In this document: positions 57,272-64,000 of the stretch, one piece after another
How the letters are laid out: each line of letters begins with the position of its first letter
Numbering within the stretch: the stretch's first letter is position 1
Assembly (NCBI GenBank): GCA_017991595.1
Contig: JAGOQJ010000001.1
Span: 604,410-668,409 of the forward strand
Direction: 5' to 3'
Length of the DNA: 64,000 nt
DNA from: Candidatus Didemnitutus sp.
GTDB taxonomy: Bacteria > Verrucomicrobiota > Verrucomicrobiia > Opitutales > Opitutaceae
Translations under genes and position numbers: made by a program
Notes under the pieces: model-generated
Told to the model about the DNA's origin: nothing
Database searches by the model: none
Seen by the model: only the letters and a program-made list of their open reading frames with translations

Positions 57272-59794
57272 ATGAACTTCATCCTCAAAATGGCCTGGCG
57301 GGATACGCGGGCTTCGCGGCGGCGGTTGCTGCTGTTCTCGCTCGCGATCGTCCTCGGCGTTGCCGCATTGGTGGCGATCGGGTCGCTGCGCGACAACCTG
57401 CGCGCGGCGATCGATGACCAGACGAAGGCGCTGCTCGGCGCGGATCTCGTCATCACGTCGCGCGCCCGGCTCACACCCGAGGCCGACGCGTTCATCGCCT
57501 CCCTCGGCGGCATCGAGTCGCGCGAAATTTCGTTTAACTCGATGCTGATCGTTCCCGGTGGCGCTACGCGGCTCGTGCAGGTGCGGGCGCTGGAAGGCGA
57601 TTTTCCGTTTTACGGCGAGTTTGACACCGCGCCGGCCGGCGCGCGCGCGGAGCTGCGGGGCGGCACGGGCGCTGTGATCGAGGAGAGCCTGCTCGTGCAG
57701 TTCGGGCTCAAGCCCGGCGACCGGATCCGGCTCGGCGCCGCGGAGTTCACCCTCGCGGGCGGCTTGCTTCGTGTGCCGGGCGAATCAGCGGCGGTCGCCA
57801 CGATCGCGCCGCGCGTTTTCATCCCGCTCGCCACTGCCGAGTCCACCGGCCTGCTCCAGACCGGCAGCTTGGCGCGCTATCGCGTGTATCTGCAATTCGC
57901 GCCGGGCACCGACGTCGAGAAGCTCGTGCGCGACCTGCGCGACCGCTTCCGCGAGTTGCGGCTCGGCTTCGACACCGTGGAGGAACGCAAGCGCGAGTTG
58001 GGCAACTCCATCCGCAACGTGAACTCGTTCCTCATGCTGGTGGGCTTCGCCTCGCTCTTCCTCGGCGCCATCGGCGTGGCCAGCGCGATCCACGCGCACG
58101 TGCGGCAGAAGGTGCCGACCGTCGCCGTGCTGCGCTGCCTCGGTGCCTCGGCGCGCACGAGCTTCGCGATCTATCTCGTGCAGGGCGTGGGACTCGGTCT
58201 GGCGGGCGCGCTCGGCGGTGCAGCGCTCGGCGTCGCGGCGCAGCTCGCGTTGCCGGGTTTGATGAAGGATTTTCTGCCGTTCGCGTTCGAGTTCGCGGTG
58301 TCGTGGCCGGCGGTCGCGCGCGGCATCGGCGCAGGCGTCGTGATCGCGGTGCTGTTCGCGCTGCTGCCCTTGCTTGAGGTGCGGCGCGTGTCGCCGTTGC
58401 TCGCGATCCGCTCGGCGTTCGCGTCGGCGCCCGGTGGACGCGACTGGCTGCGCGTCGCGTTGCTGGGCACGATCGTGGGCGCGATCCTCGCCTTCGCGAT
58501 CTGGCAGACGGGGCGCTGGCAATGGGGCGTCGGATTCGCGGGGGCGCTGTTCCTGGGCTTCGCGGTGCTCGCCGGGCTGGCCCAGTTGATCGCCCTCGTG
58601 GCGCGGAAACTCAATTTGCGCGCGCTGCCGTTCGCGTGGCGGCAGGGCGTGGCCAATCTCTACCGTCCGAACAACCGCACGGTGCTGCTGCTCGTCTCGC
58701 TCGGCATGGGCACGTTCCTCATGATGTCGCTCTACCTGTCGCGCGACACGTTGCTCGGCCAGTTGCGCATCATGGGCGCGGAGGACCGGCCGAACCTGAT
58801 GCTGTTCGACATCCAGGACGATCAGGTCGCGCCGCTCACGCAGTTGCTCACGGAGAACGGCGCGCCGCCGCGTCAGGGCGCGGCCATCGTCACCATGCGC
58901 ATCAGCGCGCTCAAGGGGCGCCCGGTCGCCGAGGTGCTCAAGGACAATACCGTGCGCGTGCCGGCGTGGACGTTGCGGCGCGAGTATCGCTCCACCTACC
59001 GCGGCGCGCTCAGCGACACGGAGAAGGTCGTGGCGGGCGAATTCACCGGGAGGGTGCCTCCGGGCGCTGCGCGCGTTCCTATTTCGATCGAAGACAACCT
59101 CGCGCGCGACCTGGGCATCGCCGTCGGCGACGAGATCGATTTCGACGTGCAGGGCGTGCCGGTGCAAACGGTGGTCGGCAGCCTTCGGCAGGTCGATTGG
59201 CGACGCATGTCGGCGAATTTCTTCGTCGTTTTCCCGGAGGGCGTGCTCGAGGACGCGCCGAAATTCCACGTCATGGCGGTGCGTGTGCCGGATGCGGCGG
59301 TCTCGGCCCGCGTGCAGCAAGCCGTGGTGCGCGATCATCCGAATGTCTCGGCGATCGACCTCGCGCTCATCATGGAGACGATCGATCGCGTCTATTCGAA
59401 GGCCTCGTTCGTGGTGGAGTTTCTCGCGCTCTTCACGGTCGTGACTGGCGTGATCGTGCTGGCCGGCGCGGTCTTGATCGGCCGCCACCAGCGCGTGCGC
59501 GAGAGCGTGTTGTTGCGCACGCTCGGAGCGACGAAGCAGCAGGTGAACCGCATCATGCTGGCCGAGTATCTCGCGCTCGGCACGCTCGGCGCGGCGGTCG
59601 GTGCGGTGCTGTCGATCGGCGCGAATTGGGCGCTGGCGAAGTATGTTTTTCAGATGAACTGGGTGACGCCCTCGCCGTGGGTGCTGCTCGGCGGCTGGGC
59701 CGCGGTTAGTGCGGTGACCGTGGTCACGGGCCTGTTCTCCAGCCGTGGCATCTGCGACCACCCGCCGCTCGAGGTCCTGCGCCAGGAAACGTGA
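57272..59794 (+). CDS. ABC transporter permease, FtsX family (YbbP-like; two 4-TM FtsX repeats)
   Basis: 840 aa with duplicated FtsX-like TM bundles and large periplasmic loops. Confidence 0.8.
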   Translation: MNFILKMAWRDTRASRRRLLLFSLAIVLGVAALVAIGSLRDNLRAAIDDQTKALLGADLVITSRARLTPEADAFIASLGGIESREISFNSMLIVPGGATRLVQVRALEGDFPFYGEFDTAPAGARAELRGGTGAVIEESLLVQFGLKPGDRIRLGAAEFTLAGGLLRVPGESAAVATIAPRVFIPLATAESTGLLQTGSLARYRVYLQFAPGTDVEKLVRDLRDRFRELRLGFDTVEERKRELGNSIRNVNSFLMLVGFASLFLGAIGVASAIHAHVRQKVPTVAVLRCLGASARTSFAIYLVQGVGLGLAGALGGAALGVAAQLALPGLMKDFLPFAFEFAVSWPAVARGIGAGVVIAVLFALLPLLEVRRVSPLLAIRSAFASAPGGRDWLRVALLGTIVGAILAFAIWQTGRWQWGVGFAGALFLGFAVLAGLAQLIALVARKLNLRALPFAWRQGVANLYRPNNRTVLLLVSLGMGTFLMMSLYLSRDTLLGQLRIMGAEDRPNLMLFDIQDDQVAPLTQLLTENGAPPRQGAAIVTMRISALKGRPVAEVLKDNTVRVPAWTLRREYRSTYRGALSDTEKVVAGEFTGRVPPGAARVPISIEDNLARDLGIAVGDEIDFDVQGVPVQTVVGSLRQVDWRRMSANFFVVFPEGVLEDAPKFHVMAVRVPDAAVSARVQQAVVRDHPNVSAIDLALIMETIDRVYSKASFVVEFLALFTVVTGVIVLAGAVLIGRHQRVRESVLLRTLGATKQQVNRIMLAEYLALGTLGAAVGAVLSIGANWALAKYVFQMNWVTPSPWVLLGGWAAVSAVTVVTGLFSSRGICDHPPLEVLRQET

Positions 59795-59871
59795 CGGCGC
59801 GGCTTTGTCTGCGCCTCCGTGCCTGCCTTGCCCTCGTCCTTGCCGCACATGTTTCGCGTGGCACGTTTTGT

Positions 59872-59963
59872 TTGGTAACCCAATAGGTTACCAACCGGGT
59901 AGGGTGCTGCTGTTGGTGTCACTGGGGCGTGGCGTGGAGAAAGTAACCTATTAGGTTACCAAA
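59872..59963. promoter_or_regulatory. Two palindromic operator-like sites (TTGGTAACC-N5-GGTTACCAA and GTAACC-TATTA-GGTTAC) upstream of the FKBP gene
   Basis: Perfect 9-bp inverted repeat with a 5-bp AT-rich spacer at 59872-59894; a near-identical 7-9-bp inverted repeat at 59942-59963; centres about 69 bp apart; the gene starts at 60042. Confidence 0.5.
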
Positions 59964-60041
59964 CGGTGAGCGCGGCAGGCGGAGAGCTAGGGGTGAATAG
60001 TCTTGTGTCGGTCGGGGGCTGGACGGTGGAGTGGCGGGCTC

Positions 60042-60506
60042 ATGGCTTCCTCCCGGCACCTCACGTTCCACTACACGTTGCGCGACGCGGATGGCCGCGT
60101 GCTCGATACCTCGCGCGGCGCGGAGCCGCTGGTCTGCATCGAGGGCGCGGAGCAGATCGTGCCGGGACTTGAAAAGGCATTGCGCGGCATGCAGCCGGGC
60201 GAACAGCGCAAGGTCTCCGTGCCGCCGGAAGAGGGTTACGGTCCGCGGAACGAGGAGATGATCGGTCGGGTGCCGCGCGCGCAGCTGCCGATCGAGGGCG
60301 AAGTGCAGGTCGGTGACCAATTCCGCACCGGCGCCGATCCCTATGCGCCGATTGTCACAGTGGTCGCGCTCGAAGGCGCGGAGGTGGTCCTCGATGCCAA
60401 CCACCCGCTGGCGGGAGCGACGCTGCATTTCGAGGTCGAGTTGACGGCGGCGCGTCCGGCGACCGCGGCGGAACTGCAGGCAGCGCGAGACGCAGCGGGC
60501 GGTTGA
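60042..60506 (+). CDS. FKBP-type peptidyl-prolyl cis-trans isomerase (SlyD/FkpB-like)
   Basis: FHYTLRDADGRVLDTS...GLEKALRGMQPGEQRKVSVPPEEGYG is the FKBP core with an IF-like insertion. Confidence 0.75.
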   Translation: MASSRHLTFHYTLRDADGRVLDTSRGAEPLVCIEGAEQIVPGLEKALRGMQPGEQRKVSVPPEEGYGPRNEEMIGRVPRAQLPIEGEVQVGDQFRTGADPYAPIVTVVALEGAEVVLDANHPLAGATLHFEVELTAARPATAAELQAARDAAGG

Positions 60507-60544
60507 CGCGCGTGTGGCGGGGCGTAGCGTCGCCGGCTTTTCCG

Positions 60545-61273
60545 ATGAAAGTTCTCGGCATCGATATCGGTGGCTCTGCCTTCAAGGCTGCCCCCGTGGA
60601 CACCAAGACCGGCAAGCTGCTGGCGGAACGCTTCCGCGTGCCGATCTCGAGCCCGTGCGCCAAGGGCGAAGGCCTCGCCGCCGCCCGGCAGATCGTGCGG
60701 CATTTTCGTTGGAAAGGGCGCGTGGGAATCGGGTTTCCCGGCATCGTGCAGGAGGGGCGGATCGGCGCCGTCGGCAATCTCGGCGAGGAGTGGGAAGGCT
60801 TGAACGGACGCACGCGCTTCACGCGCGCGACGGGTTGCCGGGTCGGCTTGGCCAACGATGCCGATGCGGCCGGGTTGGCCGAGATGCGCTTCGGCGCGGG
60901 CAAGGGACGCAGCGGCACGGTGCTCATGCTGACGTTTGGCACGGGGATCGGTTCCGCGCTCTTCCACCGCGGTGCGCTTTATCCCAACGCCGAGCTCGGG
61001 CACATCCCGTGGGAAGGCGAGCCGATCGAGCGCTTCGCCTCCGCAGCGGTGAAGACGCGGCTCGATCTCGATTGGAAGGAATGGACCGACCGCGTGAACG
61101 TTTACCTGCGCGTCGTGGAGCGGTTACTGTCGCCCGAGCTGATCATCATCGGCGGCGGTGTGAGCCAGGATCACGGGCAGTGGTTCAAGTTCCTCCAGAC
61201 GCAGGCGAAGGTGGTGCCGGCCAAGTTGCACAACGACGCTGGCATCGTCGGCGCCGCGCTCGCGGGCGAATGA
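60545..61273 (+). CDS. ROK family protein (polyphosphate/ATP glucokinase-like)
   Basis: MKVLGIDIGGSAFKAA (N-terminal ATPase motif); GTGIGSALF; ELGHI. Confidence 0.7.
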   Translation: MKVLGIDIGGSAFKAAPVDTKTGKLLAERFRVPISSPCAKGEGLAAARQIVRHFRWKGRVGIGFPGIVQEGRIGAVGNLGEEWEGLNGRTRFTRATGCRVGLANDADAAGLAEMRFGAGKGRSGTVLMLTFGTGIGSALFHRGALYPNAELGHIPWEGEPIERFASAAVKTRLDLDWKEWTDRVNVYLRVVERLLSPELIIIGGGVSQDHGQWFKFLQTQAKVVPAKLHNDAGIVGAALAGE

Positions 61274-61274
61274 G

Positions 61275-62294
61275 ATGAACGGGCGCGTGTTGATCGTGGG
61301 CCAGGGGCTCGCGGGCACGGCGCTCGGGCTGGAGCTGGAGGCGGCGGGAATCGATTGCGCGATCGTGAGCGATGGTCACGCGACTGCGGCTTCGCGCGTG
61401 GCGGCGGGTTTGATCAATCCCATCACGGGCCAGCGTTTCGCGCGGACCTGGCGCGTGGAGGAATTGCGGCCGCTCGCGCAGGCGGCCTACCGGCGCTGGG
61501 AAACCGTGCTGGGCGTGCGGCTCTGGCATGACTTGCGGCTCGAGCGACGCTTCCGCGACGCGACGGAGCGCGAGCGGGCGGCGCGCCGTTTCGCTACGGG
61601 AGAGCTGGCGCCGTTCGCCCGGGCGCTGACCGACGAGGCACTCGTGCTCGACGGCGCGGCGCGGGTGGATTTGCCGGCGTTGCTGGGCGCGGCGGCCCAG
61701 CGCTGGCGGAGCAGCGGTCGGCTGCGCGAGACGCGCGCCGGGGCGGAGGAATTTGTCTGGCCGGACGGCGTTGGCGCGGTGCGTTGGCGCGGCGAGGAAT
61801 TTGCGGCGGTGATCTGTTGCACGGGGCACGGCGCGTTGGCGCGTGCGTGGTTTGCCGGATGGCCGTTTGCCGCGATCAAGGGGCAGATCCTGACCGTGCG
61901 CGCCGCGGGGCTCGCAGCGGATACCGTGCGGCATGACGGGATGTGGCTGATCGGCGAGCGCGAGGGTCAGGGCAGAGTGGGGGCGACGTTCGAGCGGGAC
62001 CGCGAAGATGTGGACACGACGCCGGCCGCGCGGGAGCAGCTCATCGCGGCGGCGCGGCGGCTGGTAGGCGGCGAGATCGAAGTGGCGGAGCAGGCGGCGG
62101 GCGTGCGGCTGGCGCTGGCGGACCGGTTGCCGGCGATCGGTTGGCATCCGCGGCGATCGGGCTTGGGATTTTTCGGCGCGCTCGGCTCGAAGGGCTCGCT
62201 CTGGGCGCCGTGGCTCGCGCAGCGTTGGTGCGCGGTGCTGGCGCGCGGCGCGGAGGTGCCGCCGGAAGTCGCGCTGACGCGCTTCGCTTTATGA
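61275..62294 (+). CDS. FAD-dependent oxidoreductase (DAO family)
   Basis: VLIVGQGLAGTALGLEL dinucleotide-binding motif; starts 2 bp after the ROK gene. Confidence 0.65.
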   Translation: MNGRVLIVGQGLAGTALGLELEAAGIDCAIVSDGHATAASRVAAGLINPITGQRFARTWRVEELRPLAQAAYRRWETVLGVRLWHDLRLERRFRDATERERAARRFATGELAPFARALTDEALVLDGAARVDLPALLGAAAQRWRSSGRLRETRAGAEEFVWPDGVGAVRWRGEEFAAVICCTGHGALARAWFAGWPFAAIKGQILTVRAAGLAADTVRHDGMWLIGEREGQGRVGATFERDREDVDTTPAAREQLIAAARRLVGGEIEVAEQAAGVRLALADRLPAIGWHPRRSGLGFFGALGSKGSLWAPWLAQRWCAVLARGAEVPPEVALTRFAL

Positions 62295-62413
62295 CTTCGG
62301 CGACGCGGGGGCGGGGCGATTGGTCGCCGAAAACCAGCCATTCGTCCCATTTTTGGGACAATTAATCGGCTTGAACCCGGCCAAGCGCCGGCGCACAAGG
62401 CCAGTCGCGTGCC

Positions 62414-63271
62414 ATGCCCCCCGTAAACGCGCCTACGAACAAGATCCGCACCTGCGTCGTGGATGGACAGTTGTCCGTCCGCCGGTCCGTCGCGCGGTGG
62501 TTGGAGAGCGATGCCGACATCGAGCTCCTCGCCCAGCTGGCGAACGGCGGCGAGGCGACACGTTTCCTGGCCAAGGAGCAGCCGGACCTCGTGATCGTGG
62601 GGACGGATCTGCCGGACATGCGCGGCTTCAAGCTGGTCGAGGCAATGAACGCCGGTCAGCCGCCGGTGGTGGTGATGTTGACCGCGAGCCCGCAGGATGC
62701 GTTGCGCGCTTTCGAGGTCGCGGCGGTCGATTGCTTGCTGAAGCCGCTCGACGAGCCGCGTCTGGCGGCGGCGGTGCGGCGGGCCAAGGCGGAGGTCAAT
62801 CGCCGGCGCACGGAGGCGCTGGGCAGCAAGATTTCGCATCTGCTCACGCACCTGCAGGCGATGGAGGCCGGGCGCGCATTGCCCGGCGCGGCTGCCGTCG
62901 CGGCCCCGGCGGCGCCGGCCGAGGGCGAAACGATCACCCGCGACCGCATTTTGCTCAAGACGGGTGGGGAAATCTATTTCCTCAAGTCCGAGGAGATCGA
63001 CTGGATCGAGGCCGAGGGCGATTACATGAAGTTCCACGCCGCCGGGCGCGTCCATCAGTTGCGCGAGACGATGGGCCGGCTCGAGGAGCGGCTGGACCCG
63101 CGCCGCTTTCTGCGCATCCACCGCTCGACCATCGTGAATATCGACCGGGTGAAGAAGCTCAGTCCGGACTTCGCCGGCGAATACGCCGTGGTGCTGCAGG
63201 ACGGCACCAAGCTGCGGCTGAGCCGGGGCTACCACGGGCGCCTCCAGGAATTGATGCGCGACGCACTCTGA
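62414..63271 (+). CDS. LytR/AlgR (LytTR) family two-component response regulator, orphan
   Basis: REC domain (DLVIVGTDLPDMRG) plus C-terminal LytTR DNA-binding domain (FLRIHRSTIVNIDRV); no histidine kinase adjacent. Confidence 0.8.
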   Translation: MPPVNAPTNKIRTCVVDGQLSVRRSVARWLESDADIELLAQLANGGEATRFLAKEQPDLVIVGTDLPDMRGFKLVEAMNAGQPPVVVMLTASPQDALRAFEVAAVDCLLKPLDEPRLAAAVRRAKAEVNRRRTEALGSKISHLLTHLQAMEAGRALPGAAAVAAPAAPAEGETITRDRILLKTGGEIYFLKSEEIDWIEAEGDYMKFHAAGRVHQLRETMGRLEERLDPRRFLRIHRSTIVNIDRVKKLSPDFAGEYAVVLQDGTKLRLSRGYHGRLQELMRDAL

Positions 63272-63523
63272 GCCCCGTCCCGCCTCTGGCCGCGCCGTCG
63301 CGGTCCGTCCATCCCGCCCGCCACCCGTTTATCCCAAAACACCTGCGACTCCGCCGCTTTGTCCCGTGTAATGCGGCTGTTCTTTGGCACCGTCCCGGCC
63401 GACTCGCGGGCAGACCCGGTCTGCGCGCTCTTGGCCGTCGGGTTTGCGCTTTTCGTCGTTCCGCCATTTCGTTTTCCGCCTGTGGCCCTGATGCTCGCAA
63501 CTGTTCGTAGTTAGTTGTGTTGC

Positions 63524-63558
63524 AGGGGGGCCCTTGGTGGGGCCCCTCTGTGTTTTTG
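63524..63558 (+). terminator. Rho-independent terminator
   Basis: GGGGGGCCCttggtGGGGCCCC stem followed by TCTGTGTTTTTG. Confidence 0.6.
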
Positions 63559-63630
63559 CGGACGAAGCGCGCTGCCAAGCACCGGCCCGTCCCTTTCCGC
63601 CTCCTCCTCCCTGCAACCACCCTGATCCAC

Positions 63631-64000
63631 ATGCGCACCGAAGATTCCCCGCGCCCGCCCGTCCCCGCCTCCACGCCTGCGAAAGCCAAGTCGAAGAAAC
63701 GTCTTTGGCTCATCCTCGGCGGCGTCGCGGTCATCGCCCTGCTCGCCTTCGCCGCGGCGGCCAAGAACCGCGGCCAGGAGAAGCCGATCCAAGTCACCAC
63801 GGAGAAGGCGGTCGTGAAGACCATCACCCACGTCGTCACCGCCACCGGCAAGGTGCAGCCCGAGACCGAGGTGAAGATCTCCCCCGAAGTCGCCGGCGAG
63901 CTGATCGAGATCCCGGTGTCCGAGGGCCAGTCCGTGAAGAAGGGCGACCTGCTCGTGCGCATCAAACCCGACTTCTACAAGGCCCAGCTCGAGCAGCAGG
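63631..64000 (+). CDS. Efflux transporter periplasmic adaptor subunit (HlyD/MacA/RND MFP family), N-terminal part; continues past the window end
   Basis: N-terminal TM anchor then KAVVKTITHVVTATGKVQPETEVKISPEVAGELIEIPVSEGQSVKKGDLL (biotinyl/lipoyl-like MFP head). Confidence 0.7.
   Translation, partial: MRTEDSPRPPVPASTPAKAKSKKRLWLILGGVAVIALLAFAAAAKNRGQEKPIQVTTEKAVVKTITHVVTATGKVQPETEVKISPEVAGELIEIPVSEGQSVKKGDLLVRIKPDFYKAQLEQQ

Noticed and set aside
54538-57513. 991-aa minus-strand ORF
   Set aside because: Only the first roughly 290 codons (OM barrel, 54538-55413) are credible; the remainder reads antisense through the tesA-like, ybbA-like and GxxExxY genes.

Overview
This is a high-GC (about 67-70%) bacterial chromosomal segment. 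The gene content (PEP-CTERM protein, NfeD-flotillin pair, many secreted or lipoproteins, ECF sigma/anti-sigma pairs) suggests a Verrucomicrobia/Opitutae-like or similar Gram-negative organism, though this call is low confidence. Most of the window is ordinary core genome: polyprenyl synthase, class I and class II fumarases, KpsF, EngB, class Ia ribonucleotide reductase nrdAB, a TonB-dependent receptor, an adenylate cyclase, and a tesA-ybbA-ybbP-like cluster. Because of the high GC, the six-frame track is full of long antisense ORFs (for example 42334..46767 +, 26536..29310 +, 7856..9535 -) that I treat as artefacts. The clearly accessory part is about 36.6-42.1 kb. There, a REP-associated tyrosine transposase (RAYT, IS200-like Y1 HUH) is flanked by inverted 23-bp REP elements. 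About 1.2 kb away lies an internally deleted MITE-like copy of the same element, followed by a tandem duplication of its 123-bp terminal unit. Between the two copies sits a lower-GC metallophosphoesterase gene. A further degenerate REP copy abuts a low-GC (about 52-58%) Type II restriction-modification pair: an SPPF-motif DNA methyltransferase and a PD-(D/E)xK endonuclease overlapping it by 4 bp. I read this as a REP-bounded insertion hotspot carrying horizontally acquired cargo. Other points of interest are a GxxExxY (PD-(D/E)xK-fold) gene wedged into the ybbA/ybbP ABC transporter cluster, twin perfect palindromic operator-like sites upstream of a slyD-like FKBP gene, a 7TM membrane protein with a C-terminal CxxC...HGICxxC motif, a divergent pair of YkgJ-type Cys-cluster proteins, an unusually long (1105 aa) multi-ATP-cone NrdA with a roughly 640-nt untranslated leader ahead of nrdB, and a 55-codon CxxC...WHLTS zinc-ribbon ORF missed by the ORF track. 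I found no rRNA, tRNA or CRISPR.
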